Notes: generated by a model not told the origin, from the letters alone. DNA of 64,000 bases from Escherichia coli (GCA_025336685.1 GCA_025336685.1_4717.1); one strand, 5' to 3'; positions 18,091 to 28,432 are shown, counted from the stretch's first letter. Numbers and translations are program-made.

Positions 18091-19701
18091 ATGGACCCAA
18101 AACAGATAGCCATTAAGATTATTACGTTACTGTTTCGTAACGCACAATTGAACCATCCCGATCCCAGTACGATCGACCATGTTAAATCCGTCTTAGATAA
18201 AGTCGAACCCCCGAAAAACCATCTCGCTACGGACATAGATAGAGAGGTTTTCAACAACCTGATGAATACCATTCATTGGATGTTGGAACAACCGTTATCG
18301 GAACCTTTCGACAAACAACAGTTGTTACAAAGGATACGTTTAGATTGCCTTGAGCAAAGCAATCTTTACGAGATTCTTGCCGACGGACTGTACGATATCG
18401 AAGACGATGCTCATATCAGTAAGGTCTGTTCGCTTTATTACAACGAATTGCGTAACCTGATTACCCGCCGTCGTGTTTTCGAAACCTTTAGAAACACGTA
18501 CATGGATATCAGTAACGGGCGACTTGGGGATAAAGAATTTTTCGACGCGATGGCGAATTTGAAATTATCGCTTGACAGTATCGAAATGGATACCGAAAAT
18601 CCCGAAGAGATGTCGTGTATGGTTGATGGCTTTATTGCTGACAGCGAAGACGATATCGAGAAAGTCGAACGTATGTTCGTTAAAGCGATGGAACGTAACA
18701 GTCCTGAAGGTGGGTTTGTAACCGGCTGGCAAGGTTTTAATAAAATGTTGGGGTCGGTCGGCGTTTTACGTCGCGGTACCTTAGGACTGATTGGTGCGAT
18801 GCAGCACCGAAATAAATCGGGTGTGTTGTTAAAACTGTTCACGCATCTGGCATTGTACAACAAACCTCATTTCTTTTTTCCGGAGCGAGCAAAGAAAGCG
18901 TTACTGATTCATTTGTCAACAGAAAACGAAGTAGAAGAAAACACGCTTCAGATATACAAGAACATGCGAGAACAGGAAACAGGCGAATATGTCGATATTC
19001 GTAAGATTGACCCTCGCGAGGCATCACGTTATGTGTTGAAGGTGTTCAACGATGCGGGTTTCTCTGTTTGTATGCGTCGTGTTGACGGGATGAGTTACAA
19101 ACAACTCGCTAATCTCATCGACCATTTCGAACGCATGGGTTATGAGGTCATGGCGTTGTTCATTGACTATCTGAAAATGTTCTCATCGGAAGGGCTGGAT
19201 AGAAATGGACCGACCGGCGCATGGCTCCAAGAACTCTTCAACAAAGTTCGTAACCTCTGCAGTGTTAAACGTATTTTAGGTATGACCGTACACCAGCTGT
19301 CATCCGACGCGAAGATGCGTGCACGTGACGGTAACGATGAAGAGTTTGTTGACCAAGTCGCAGGCTTAAGTTACTGGGATGGTTGTAAAGGGATTGACCG
19401 TGAGATCGATCTTGAAGTGATTGTTGATATCGTTAAGGAGCCAGGTAAACGTCAAAGCTGGCAGGTCTTTGCGTTAGGGAAAGACCGTCAACCGGATAAC
19501 GGTTCAACGAAACCTGAGGATAAACATTTCACAATGCCATTCCAAACCATCGGGATGCTTCCTGATGATTACGGTAAGAAAGCAGTATACTGTCGTAAGG
19601 TTGGTGGACAACCAGTCTCCGAGGGAGGTAAAGGTCCGTGGAACAAGTTCGATGAAAACGCAGCACCAAGTAATGAATTACAATTTGATTTAGAATTTTA
19701 A
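18091..19701 (+). CDS. DnaB-like helicase homologue with atypical P-loop (about 536 aa)
   Basis: ATG at 18091 with AGGA upstream; P-loop-like GAMQHRNKSG, Walker-B-like LFIDYLKMF, H3-like GMTVHQLS; assignment by motif only. Confidence 0.75.
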   Translation: MDPKQIAIKIITLLFRNAQLNHPDPSTIDHVKSVLDKVEPPKNHLATDIDREVFNNLMNTIHWMLEQPLSEPFDKQQLLQRIRLDCLEQSNLYEILADGLYDIEDDAHISKVCSLYYNELRNLITRRRVFETFRNTYMDISNGRLGDKEFFDAMANLKLSLDSIEMDTENPEEMSCMVDGFIADSEDDIEKVERMFVKAMERNSPEGGFVTGWQGFNKMLGSVGVLRRGTLGLIGAMQHRNKSGVLLKLFTHLALYNKPHFFFPERAKKALLIHLSTENEVEENTLQIYKNMREQETGEYVDIRKIDPREASRYVLKVFNDAGFSVCMRRVDGMSYKQLANLIDHFERMGYEVMALFIDYLKMFSSEGLDRNGPTGAWLQELFNKVRNLCSVKRILGMTVHQLSSDAKMRARDGNDEEFVDQVAGLSYWDGCKGIDREIDLEVIVDIVKEPGKRQSWQVFALGKDRQPDNGSTKPEDKHFTMPFQTIGMLPDDYGKKAVYCRKVGGQPVSEGGKGPWNKFDENAAPSNELQFDLEF

Positions 19702-19726
19702 ACGCAAAAAAAAAGATTGTACGGTT

Positions 19727-19758
19727 CCCTCCTCCAACCCGTAAGGGAAGGAGGAGGG
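19727..19758. terminator. junction hairpin CCCTCCTCC-AA-CCC-GTAA-GGG-AA-GGAGGAGGG between convergent genes
   Basis: Perfect 9+3 bp stem; A9 run 12 nt upstream gives a U-tract for the minus-strand transcript; followed by TTATG. Confidence 0.55.
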
Positions 19759-19773
19759 TTATGACCGCGGTGG

Positions 19774-20100
19774 TTAACTTATTGTCATAAATTCGCTTGG
19801 TGAGAATTTCCAACCATTCTCATTGAGAAGTGTGTTGAGTTTCGCTGCGACAATAAGCCATGCATGCATAGCCGTTATGTCGTATTGGCGATTCACTCGA
19901 CGTTGGTTTTCGATATTGATTTGCTCCTGTTCAGTGATGTTTGGATAGAGTGAGATAGCGCTGGGCTTACCCAGCGCGCTAGCCATCACCGCAGTACATT
20001 CACTGATAATGTTGTTTAAGTGGTAGTTGTATACCGTTCCGCGCATGACGCGATGACGGCATTCGATAATAGCGTCGTAAATGATTTCTCGAGTAATCAT
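19774..20100 (-). CDS. hypothetical protein (108 aa)
   Basis: ATG at 20100. Confidence 0.6.
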   Translation of the reverse strand: MITREIIYDAIIECRHRVMRGTVYNYHLNNIISECTAVMASALGKPSAISLYPNITEQEQINIENQRRVNRQYDITAMHAWLIVAAKLNTLLNENGWKFSPSEFMTIS

Positions 20101-20106
20101 GATAAC

Positions 20107-20508
20107 TTAAAACATGCGTTCGTTTTTAGCACGGGCAGCCATTACCAGATCGTAGATACCTGCGGTTCGTAAACATTCGTCGTAGTAACGATGTGCGCCT
20201 TCCTCAGCCATCCATGATAACCCACGGCTATCCGCAACGATAACCAATTTGTTATTGTTGAATGCACACACCACACGGTAAGTCGCGTTGTTATTCGGAT
20301 CGCGAGTGATCAGCTCATAGACACCGTTAACAGGTTTACTGAATTCGCCATTTAACGGGACGAGTTCGGTAGTACCTTCAGCAAACGTTACGTTGATCGG
20401 AGACGGATCTTTAGCGATAACAGTATATTCCACATTGTGTTCTTTACTGGTCATAATGCCGAAGTAAGAACTGATAGGGGAACGTGGTACACTAAGAATA
20501 TTAAACAT
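20107..20508 (-). CDS. hypothetical protein (133 aa)
   Basis: ATG at 20508 with AGAGGA SD. Confidence 0.7.
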   Translation of the reverse strand: MFNILSVPRSPISSYFGIMTSKEHNVEYTVIAKDPSPINVTFAEGTTELVPLNGEFSKPVNGVYELITRDPNNNATYRVVCAFNNNKLVIVADSRGLSWMAEEGAHRYYDECLRTAGIYDLVMAARAKNERMF

Positions 20509-20578
20509 GAGAGTTGTCCTCTTAATTGGATTTAGATTGTTGGATATGTAATCGGGAAATGAAAACGCTGTTTCGGTT

Positions 20579-21148
20579 TTAGACGATATGTGACCAGGTG
20601 GTAAGCACGCCGCTTGCGAATTCGAGCTTAAGACGTTTACCGATAAGTTGTTGTTGAATCATCTTTTCAGTGATACGTCGATCATGCTGAACAGCTTTAT
20701 CAAACGCTTCTTTCGCTTCGGCTTGGTAGAAGTTCGTTTCTTCGTTGTCGTCGATATCTTCGAGAGCGTCATCGTCAACATCAGCAAGCTTTACTCGACC
20801 GTTTTCATCAGGTTGTTCTGCAGGTTCGTTGTCATAAGGCGTGTCTTTTGTTGGTGCGACACGATGATGCAACTCGACCTGTGTTAACATGATCTCCATC
20901 TCACCATCGATAGGGATGATTTCATCGGCGCAGCCGTTTTCGGTCAGCTCTCGACTTTCTAGCAATGTCGTGGTAACAGAGAACACCTCTTCAACAGGAA
21001 CCTCATCATCGTCGATAGTGTTAACCGTATTGCTGGTAACTTCGGCAACGACCATCAAATCAAATGCGTGAGGATCGCCTGGCATTTTGATTCCTGGGAG
21101 TTTGTTGAGATACCAAGGATCGAGAATCATGATTTCTGGATTAAACAT
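20579..21148 (-). CDS. hypothetical acidic protein (189 aa)
   Basis: ATG at 21148; D/E-rich. Confidence 0.7.
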   Translation of the reverse strand: MFNPEIMILDPWYLNKLPGIKMPGDPHAFDLMVVAEVTSNTVNTIDDDEVPVEEVFSVTTTLLESRELTENGCADEIIPIDGEMEIMLTQVELHHRVAPTKDTPYDNEPAEQPDENGRVKLADVDDDALEDIDDNEETNFYQAEAKEAFDKAVQHDRRITEKMIQQQLIGKRLKLEFASGVLTTWSHIV

Positions 21149-21215
21149 CGTTTTACCTTTCTATGTTAGGTGGATTGCGGATAGAAGAATCAATGCATAG
21201 ATTGATCGTTCTTTG

Positions 21216-22118
21216 TTAGAAATTATTGCCGAACCGGTTATGGTTGTATGGTTGGTAGTGTCCGTAATTGCCTGGGAAGCCACCATACGTCGTAGGCTCC
21301 GGTTTAGGGACTTCCATAATCGGATTTTTAGAATTGATCGCCATCACGTAAAGGGTTACGGGTGATGCTGCGTGGCCCATTTCGACGACCACACGGCGGA
21401 TATAATCAATGTATGCTGTTATTGCAGGCGTCAGTTTGTCTCCTTCGGTAGTTATAACGGTGCCGTCGGAAAGAATCTCACGAACCGCGCACCATTTACC
21501 AAGATGAACTCCTTGCTGCGGCTTTACTCCAGCAGAGATAGAGAGATAGGTATCGTACGTCGTTTGATGATACGGATGACTATAAATAGATTCCGCTTTG
21601 TTTTCGTCTTTCCCTAAGTACTCGCCTTGCTTAGGAGTATGAGTTGATATCATATCGGTATTTTCCACGAATGTCTTTCCTTCGAGTTGTTTGATTAATC
21701 GTTTAACCGATTCAGTTATGTTGTTGTGTCTAGGGATCAGCTTTAAGTAAACAGTCGGTAACTGGATTGTTGACCCATCACTACTGCGCGGATAAGATAA
21801 TTTGTAAAACTGTTCAAAAATCCGCCGTAACGCTTCGTTGTCTGAAGTTGCCAATTTAACATAGGAGCATCGTCCTTTAGCATTGGGATTGTAGAGAAGG
21901 AGAATAACGTCTTCGTCAGTACGTGTATCCTGAGGATGACAAGCGATGTAGTGAATGGGAATAGCCGTATCTTTTTCGTCTCCCGGTTTGATAGACAATG
22001 AAAAATCATGAGTTTCTTTTAACGTTCGTAACGTGCAGGATGCGTCGTCACTATTAAGTAAGAACACACCGAAACGCACGCTTTCGTATGCTGACGGGTC
22101 GCGTATTAATAAGGTCAT
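21216..22118 (-). CDS. hypothetical protein, tandem paralog family with HP.H.TYD.YL motif (about 300 aa)
   Basis: ORF-track start 22196 is TTG; ATG at 22118 has AGGAG SD at 7 nt; shares HPYHQTTYDTYLSISAGV with 22204-22977. Confidence 0.8.
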   Translation of the reverse strand: MTLLIRDPSAYESVRFGVFLLNSDDASCTLRTLKETHDFSLSIKPGDEKDTAIPIHYIACHPQDTRTDEDVILLLYNPNAKGRCSYVKLATSDNEALRRIFEQFYKLSYPRSSDGSTIQLPTVYLKLIPRHNNITESVKRLIKQLEGKTFVENTDMISTHTPKQGEYLGKDENKAESIYSHPYHQTTYDTYLSISAGVKPQQGVHLGKWCAVREILSDGTVITTEGDKLTPAITAYIDYIRRVVVEMGHAASPVTLYVMAINSKNPIMEVPKPEPTTYGGFPGNYGHYQPYNHNRFGNNF

Positions 22119-22203
22119 GTTCGGCTCCTTGATTACGATAAGGATGATTGCGGTTTTGTGGTGCTGGTAGGGCCCTAAACAAAGGAACCCTACCAATATT
22201 AGG

Positions 22204-22977
22204 TTATTCAGGATCGGCGTAGAAATGGTGAGGATAGCCGGAGTACGATCCTGCGTTACCGGCTATGGATTCTTTCTGGGAATCGACGACGAGCGCATAG
22301 AACTGTCGGGAATTTGTTAGCGTTGAGAAATAAGCGGAAAGGACTTTTTCATTCAACGCATCGCAAGGTAGACAGGTGCGACCGCAAAACGTAACGATAC
22401 GGCCGTCAGGATAGATCTCACGAATCATTCTCCACTCACCGATATCCACTGGTGATGGTGCTGCTACACCACCTGTTATCGTTAAGTAACGATCGTACGT
22501 GGTATGGCATTCAGGATGAATATAGATCGGCTTGTTCGTTTCGACAGGTTCCGAAGTGTCTCGACGACTAAGGAGTTCAACGACTTCAAGATAAATCGTT
22601 GGTAGATCGCGGAGAATACCGGTGTTACGACGTTTCTTTGTGATTCGCGGACGAATCTCGTTAAGAGCGTATTCGAGCTTACGTTCAGCTTCGTACGCAT
22701 CGAGTTTTATTAGGTGGCCCGGTTCATCGGAATGATCCTGAGTTATGTAAACGAAATACGTGTTGTCTTTTGCAGCGCGAAAGATTCGAGCGACCTTAAA
22801 TGTTTCTACAGTGCGATAACCAAGGCGCGATTGATTTTCCACAGGAGAAAATATCCAATGTCGTCCTTCGTCCGCCCCAACAATTTCGTTGAAACTATCC
22901 GTTTGTTCTGGGACCTGGTAGTCAGCCATTAATGTATCAAGAGCGTCATCGGCCAGTTTGGTGTAAATATCTGTCAT
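22204..22977 (-). CDS. hypothetical protein, tandem paralog of 21216-22118 (257 aa)
   Basis: ATG at 22977 with GAGGA SD; HPECHTTYDRYLTITGGV motif. Confidence 0.8.
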   Translation of the reverse strand: MTDIYTKLADDALDTLMADYQVPEQTDSFNEIVGADEGRHWIFSPVENQSRLGYRTVETFKVARIFRAAKDNTYFVYITQDHSDEPGHLIKLDAYEAERKLEYALNEIRPRITKKRRNTGILRDLPTIYLEVVELLSRRDTSEPVETNKPIYIHPECHTTYDRYLTITGGVAAPSPVDIGEWRMIREIYPDGRIVTFCGRTCLPCDALNEKVLSAYFSTLTNSRQFYALVVDSQKESIAGNAGSYSGYPHHFYADPE

Positions 22978-23032
22978 GTTTGTATCCTCGGTTGTTAAGA
23001 GAAATTTACAATGATAACAGTAACCGTTGCTA

Positions 23033-23054
23033 TCACCTAGGTAATATAGTCGCG
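23033..23054 (-). promoter_or_regulatory. conserved motif TCACCTAGGTAATATAGTCGCG (minus strand CTATATTACCTAGGTGA), putative phage early-type promoter
   Basis: Exact TATATTAC on the minus strand about 60 nt upstream of the 22204-22977 start; motif recurs at 14875, 58090, 58255. Confidence 0.4.
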
Positions 23055-23091
23055 AAATAAACTGGAGTAATACGCTTAAGACAGTATAGAA

Positions 23092-23123
23092 CCCTCTCCC
23101 TTCCCTTACGGGTTGGGAGAGGG
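23092..23123 (-). terminator. junction hairpin CCCTCTCCC-TT-CCC-TTAC-GGG-TTG-GGAGAGGG
   Basis: Perfect inverted repeat immediately after the stop of 23128-24495; inverse orientation of the 37018 copy. Confidence 0.5.
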
Positions 23124-23127
23124 AATA

Positions 23128-24495
23128 TTAAACGGTTGGGCGAACGGTATTGTCTTTTTCTGGTGCGATCCATAACGTGACCGTACCATGACATGTCCAT
23201 TGTGGTTCACGTACAGAAGAACCTGCCATCGTCACAGCGCAATCGGTACGCATAATGACCCCGTATGCTTCGCAGAGATTGTTATCCTGCATCCACACAA
23301 CTTTAGCAGGCATGCCGGGATACAACAAGTCCATGTTTGCGTATTCCCACACCAACTGCATCGTTCTACCACGTAATCCGGCAGTATTGCTTAATTCACG
23401 CCATCGGTTATCGGTTACGCGTCCCATCCCTTTCGCCACCTTCACGTTATCGCTACGCTCTTCAGTTACGTACTCGCTAACGTTTACAGTACGGCTGATT
23501 ATTGTATCGCCCCCTTTTGATAATGTCATCCCCTGACTCATCTGACTTGCCGAAACAAAACGCCCACCCGCATTACCTAACAACGAAGCCGCGTTATTGA
23601 CGTCGCTTACCGACGCCCCTCTCGTACATGCAATTTCCACGTATTTGTCACGATTGATCCAGGTCTTGTCCATGCCTGGAAACATATCGGCAGGATAGTT
23701 GTAAAAGATCGCCGTGCGTCGACCGTCAGAGAAACGGGTTTCGTCGTAGAGAGGATAAATATACAGATACGGGGATTGATAATAACAACCGACATCTGCT
23801 GAATAAATACCGACCTGGTTCTGGATTTTATCTACAAGATCCATTGCGTTGGTACCGTGCGGAAGAATAAGCAACTTGAATGGGTTGTCGTTATTCGGTG
23901 CAACAATATCCACACCCTGCATTTTGAATCCGGTGTCAGCTTCAACCGCAGAAAGTATCTTGCTGAATTCAAGGCGCAACACATCCAGCACTTTCGATCC
24001 GGTATAGTTCTCACCGGTTTCCGATTGCATGAAGCTTTCAAGAACAGGATCGAACAGTTGAAATTGAAGGTCGACCATTTGTTCGTAGTCTTTCTTCGAA
24101 GAATCGGTTGCGGTACGTTCGTCGGTAGCAGACATACGACTGTCTACGGTTGTTAAACAGACCGCCCGGTAGACATAAGCCTGTGCGGCATCGTCTACGG
24201 TTTGGCGTTGTCCGCGCATCAGGCTGTACGCCTGCACGATGATGCGCATTTTAAGTTGTTGTTGGTACGGTAGAATGTATTTTCCGTAACTGCCTGGTGG
24301 GAACTTTACAGAGATATAAAGTTCATCCCCTGCGTTACGTTCATAGTCTCGATACGTGTGGACTTGAGTCACTAAAGGAACAGACACCGTCATTGACGGC
24401 GTGATTAGTTCCGCGGTGACTTTATACGCAACAGCAACAGCTTCCTGCGCAAACGTACCGATATACCGTCCTAACGGCGTCTGTTTGTAATCCAT
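23128..24495 (-). CDS. hypothetical protein (455 aa)
   Basis: ATG at 24495; 2-nt gap to upstream gene. Confidence 0.85.
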   Translation of the reverse strand: MDYKQTPLGRYIGTFAQEAVAVAYKVTAELITPSMTVSVPLVTQVHTYRDYERNAGDELYISVKFPPGSYGKYILPYQQQLKMRIIVQAYSLMRGQRQTVDDAAQAYVYRAVCLTTVDSRMSATDERTATDSSKKDYEQMVDLQFQLFDPVLESFMQSETGENYTGSKVLDVLRLEFSKILSAVEADTGFKMQGVDIVAPNNDNPFKLLILPHGTNAMDLVDKIQNQVGIYSADVGCYYQSPYLYIYPLYDETRFSDGRRTAIFYNYPADMFPGMDKTWINRDKYVEIACTRGASVSDVNNAASLLGNAGGRFVSASQMSQGMTLSKGGDTIISRTVNVSEYVTEERSDNVKVAKGMGRVTDNRWRELSNTAGLRGRTMQLVWEYANMDLLYPGMPAKVVWMQDNNLCEAYGVIMRTDCAVTMAGSSVREPQWTCHGTVTLWIAPEKDNTVRPTV

Positions 24496-24497
24496 GT

Positions 24498-25103
24498 TTA
24501 ACGACCCCGTTGCTGTTGTTGAATGATGAATTCTTCGATCTTCGTGCCACGGAATTCGCTGTGACGAACTGCTTGCAGCTGTTCTTCAACGGTTGGACCA
24601 GCGTGGAGACCACCACGACGTGCGCGATTGATGCCAATACGACGACGTTGACCGATTTCACGCAAACGTGAAGATAATCCGCTCATTTCGGTTGGGTCTT
24701 TAATACGACCGCGTGCAACGTTCCACAGACCACCCATGAACTCTTCGAGAATACGGCTGGCTTCGAGAGACGGTACGCGTGCGTTAGGGTCGTTTTCGAG
24801 ATTGTATTTAACGTATTCCGTGTGTTCCAGAAGTAACATGAACATCTTCATGGCGTTCACGTCGGGATTTGCAATACGCATAGGGACACCACGAGAATGT
24901 TTTTCAGCAGCCTGCGGTACCGTGAGTTGTGCGGGCACCTCTTCGTTCATGGTCATATCGTCGATTTCTGCAACCCCTGAAGAGTAGACACCGCTGACCT
25001 CATTGGTGTAGTTATCCACCATGAATTTACGGGGAATCCAGAATTCGAATTTACGTTCAAATAGACGTTTGGTTGGAGTATCTTTAACGTGTTGTAGACT
25101 CAT
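24498..25103 (-). CDS. hypothetical protein (201 aa)
   Basis: ATG at 25103 in ATGA overlap with upstream stop. Confidence 0.8.
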   Translation of the reverse strand: MSLQHVKDTPTKRLFERKFEFWIPRKFMVDNYTNEVSGVYSSGVAEIDDMTMNEEVPAQLTVPQAAEKHSRGVPMRIANPDVNAMKMFMLLLEHTEYVKYNLENDPNARVPSLEASRILEEFMGGLWNVARGRIKDPTEMSGLSSRLREIGQRRRIGINRARRGGLHAGPTVEEQLQAVRHSEFRGTKIEEFIIQQQQRGR

Positions 25104-26416
25104 GGTTCAATAGCTCCTGCTCGTAACAGCATAATAACGAACGGTGTGAAATAATAACGATCTAGCGGAGAAAGCAACGGTAACGCGTCAACCATCTGTT
25201 TCAATGCTGGATGACTGATCGCTTTCTCGTCGACCATATCACGCACCATACTCTCAATGATTGTCATTGGGGCTTGGTTGCGATAGAAAGCCTCTGTGAA
25301 AACGTAGTACGGATCGTCTGCTACCGATGGAAATAGCGGAACGTCATCGTATTCCATCGATGTATGATTGGTCACCAACGGGTTCGTCGGTGGTGTGTTT
25401 TCAGGCACAGCCAACTCTTTACCTACGTCTTCACCGAGCGATGTGGCCGCAGGCCACATACAGAATCGCGCCCCGCTAAAACGAATCCCACCTGCAGCCG
25501 GGTACTGATAGAAACGCTTTGTTGACAACAGTGTGAATTTCACCGTCAGTCGCGCCTCGTCTTCCCGACGTCCGTCCATGACCCATTCAAAGACAGAAAT
25601 CGCATTCGCTTCCTGGCTATCATCTACATTAAGACGTCCGAAGTTCCATGAGGGCTTTCCTTCAAGCGACGACCATAATTTCGTAAACGCGTTAACACAC
25701 CAGGGATCGTAGGTTGCAGCATCCTGACCAGGAACAAGCAGTGTGTTTAATTCACGGCTGTAAAATTCGTGGTAATACGCATGACAAAGTCCCAGCGCAC
25801 GACGGAGATAATCATACTTGCGATTGTATTTCTCCGTTGCCATTACGGGGTGTTTTCCGTGCTTTAACTGGTCTTGGTCGTATAGTGTATCCTCAACGAT
25901 TTTCGCTTCCAGTTCGATAAGCTGTTTTTCGTCAAGAATACGCTGGAAGGAAATGTCGCATTCGTAAGCCGGTGCTAAGCTGATGTTCTTCGGCGTGATT
26001 CTGGTGATAGTGTACACTGCGATACGATGATCGAGACCGGAGATTAACAGCATGTTACCTAAAAGCGGAACGGATACTGCCGGAAGTATACACGTACCCT
26101 CGGATTGAAAACGTGCGGTGCCGCTGTCGTACGAGGGTGTCAATGACGACATTAACTTGATAGGGTAATGTCTGATACGACGATACTGTTGTTCGGCAAT
26201 ATCACGGTTAGCTTGAAAACTACTTTGTTCATCATCACGACCGAGAATCTGTTCGTAATAATCACATTCTACGGAATAACCGGATGCGTAATTCACCAGT
26301 CCGATTTGACTATTATATTGCTCATCCACCACCGCAGAACGATAAACATCGTCGCGAGCCTTCGCGGGCTGTTGGGGGTTGATGATGGGTTTCGCGGGCT
26401 TCTTAGCGAGCGCCAT
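25100..26416 (-). CDS. hypothetical protein (438 aa)
   Basis: ATG at 26416 with AGGAG SD. Confidence 0.85.
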   Translation of the reverse strand: MALAKKPAKPIINPQQPAKARDDVYRSAVVDEQYNSQIGLVNYASGYSVECDYYEQILGRDDEQSSFQANRDIAEQQYRRIRHYPIKLMSSLTPSYDSGTARFQSEGTCILPAVSVPLLGNMLLISGLDHRIAVYTITRITPKNISLAPAYECDISFQRILDEKQLIELEAKIVEDTLYDQDQLKHGKHPVMATEKYNRKYDYLRRALGLCHAYYHEFYSRELNTLLVPGQDAATYDPWCVNAFTKLWSSLEGKPSWNFGRLNVDDSQEANAISVFEWVMDGRREDEARLTVKFTLLSTKRFYQYPAAGGIRFSGARFCMWPAATSLGEDVGKELAVPENTPPTNPLVTNHTSMEYDDVPLFPSVADDPYYVFTEAFYRNQAPMTIIESMVRDMVDEKAISHPALKQMVDALPLLSPLDRYYFTPFVIMLLRAGAIEP

Positions 26417-27968
26417 AGCGTTTCACTCCTACGATGGTACCGACAAGAATTCTCGGTACGAATAAACTACGATGTTTGAACCATGAAGCGGTTGTTGGGA
26501 TACGTTTGATGGCTTCGATAAGCCCGATTAGCGTATAACATCCCCGGCTGTTCTTCTTAGGCCAGTACTTTTTATCTAAACCTAATACTGCAAACAGTTC
26601 ATCCACCAGATTGGGATAACAACACAACGCTTCAAGCGTCTCAACCTGTAACTGACTTAAATCTAACAGTATCGCCAGACGAACGTGGTAATCACTCCGT
26701 AAGTCTAACGGATCTTTCGCTTCAAGATCACCAACATCGGTTAATGTCCATGCGTCTCTTGCGTAGCGGTATTTACCCTTCCAAACCTCAAGGAAAAAAG
26801 GAGATTGGTAATGACATTTTGACCATTCTGGGTACTCGCGGAACCACCGAACAAGATCGGGATGGAATTCACCTTCTTCAGCTAACGCGTCCAACGTCAC
26901 CAACAGGTTAGGTTGTTCAGGATCGATAGCGAGCAGCGCGGTGAAAAGCGTGCTTGATGGAAGCTCGGTCTCCACGCTCGATGGAGGCAGCCATTCATCC
27001 AAATCGGGATACCGATACGCTTGAATCGATGCACCCTGTTCCGGCAAGAACGAATCACGAAGAATGTCCTGATACTGCACCACCATACCACCACGACGTG
27101 CACGGGATTTATCGCGCACCGAGAGGCTCGGTTTGTAAAGGTACTCTTCGGGGAGTATCTGCTGGTGTACTTGAACCGGATACCGCGCTACGATGTGTGT
27201 TGGTGTGTCGTACGTGTAACGGTAAGAGAATGTAGCGTTGTACGAAGAACTGTTCTCATTCTTCTCTGGCTTCGGAGCGTCAGTGAAATCAAATTGACCA
27301 GAGATCTCTTCTTGCATTTCCCTGATAACCAATTTAACGCTCTTACCGTCACCTGCGACTGTCGTCATGGTGGTTGCACGGTTGTCGAACCCGTCTCTAA
27401 GGTATTCGCTGAACTTATCCTTGTAACCCGCTATTGCTTCTCGGTGTGTGTGAATAACTTTTAACAACATGAGAAACTGTGTTGGGATCGCATAGCTGTA
27501 TTCGGCGCTAAGAAAGGCGGCAACATGCTGACTTGTGAGCAACCGTTTCATGTCGTACCACCAACGTTCGGCGGTGACCTGATCCTCGAACCGTTTGGTG
27601 ATCTGCATGGTCGCAACCATCGTACTGTAGACAGGTACTAACGATACGCCAAGGTTACGGTCTTCAAATACTGGAAGACTGTTTCGTTTGTAAACGGTAT
27701 CGTACATGGACGCCTGTTCTTCAGGAACAACGTTAAGCTCAATTTGGATAAACCCGTCAGCAGGCCCCTTTACATCCTGATCAACAACTTGCGGTGGTTG
27801 CTCGTTCGCAGCACTCATTTTAGCGTGAAGAGCTTCCCCTCGAAAAAGAATGTTCTCCCGATTATAATCCCACCCGCAAAGCTCGCTGATCTGCCGTAAC
27901 ACCGCGATTGCAACTGGACGTGTTACCGTCGCGTATACGTCATTGATTTTTCGATCAAGTTTAGGCAT
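26403..27968 (-). CDS. hypothetical protein (about 521 aa)
   Basis: ATG at 27995 has SD too close; ATG at 27968 has GAGGA at 8 nt and reduces overlap with upstream gene. Confidence 0.8.
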   Translation of the reverse strand: MPKLDRKINDVYATVTRPVAIAVLRQISELCGWDYNRENILFRGEALHAKMSAANEQPPQVVDQDVKGPADGFIQIELNVVPEEQASMYDTVYKRNSLPVFEDRNLGVSLVPVYSTMVATMQITKRFEDQVTAERWWYDMKRLLTSQHVAAFLSAEYSYAIPTQFLMLLKVIHTHREAIAGYKDKFSEYLRDGFDNRATTMTTVAGDGKSVKLVIREMQEEISGQFDFTDAPKPEKNENSSSYNATFSYRYTYDTPTHIVARYPVQVHQQILPEEYLYKPSLSVRDKSRARRGGMVVQYQDILRDSFLPEQGASIQAYRYPDLDEWLPPSSVETELPSSTLFTALLAIDPEQPNLLVTLDALAEEGEFHPDLVRWFREYPEWSKCHYQSPFFLEVWKGKYRYARDAWTLTDVGDLEAKDPLDLRSDYHVRLAILLDLSQLQVETLEALCCYPNLVDELFAVLGLDKKYWPKKNSRGCYTLIGLIEAIKRIPTTASWFKHRSLFVPRILVGTIVGVKRYGAR

Positions 27969-28344
27969 CGGTGTCGTCCTCGCTAATTTCACCATATCCT
28001 TGTTGTCGATATCCGGTATAATGAATCAGACTGCTCTGTAGAAGCTCTTTAACGAGCCCTAGACGCGTTTTATCTGCTTCATTGGACGTTTCCATTAATG
28101 TTTCTATTTCGTTGTTTAAAACAGCGTATAGCGCTTCTAACGGCAATCCTTGGATGATTGGTTTGCTGGTGCCTTCTGGCAATGCCGCAACAGGAATCTG
28201 CACGACGGTTTCACGCGCGGTATGCGGGTTAATACGACAAATGTACATACCTGGTACTGAATGTCGCGGACATACCGCTACCAAGCATGTCTGTTGTTGC
28301 GCACCGTTAAGTGCGAGGGGTAGAAATTTTGCTTCACGTGTCAT
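27961..28344 (-). CDS. hypothetical protein (127 aa)
   Basis: ATG at 28344 with AGGAA SD. Confidence 0.7.
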   Translation of the reverse strand: MTREAKFLPLALNGAQQQTCLVAVCPRHSVPGMYICRINPHTARETVVQIPVAALPEGTSKPIIQGLPLEALYAVLNNEIETLMETSNEADKTRLGLVKELLQSSLIHYTGYRQQGYGEISEDDTDA

Positions 28345-28395
28345 CGCAGATTCCTGTTTGAAAGATAAGATATCACATGATGGTCGACAGCATAA

Positions 28396-28417
28396 AGCCC
28401 ACCCCGAAGGGCGGGCT
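28396..28417 (-). terminator. intrinsic-terminator-like hairpin (GCCCACCC-CGAA-GGGCGGGC) followed on the minus strand by UUUAUGCUG
   Basis: Stem-loop directly after stop of 28433-31798; U-rich tract after stem on the coding strand. Confidence 0.55.
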
Positions 28418-28432
28418 GTTTATGCGTACGGG

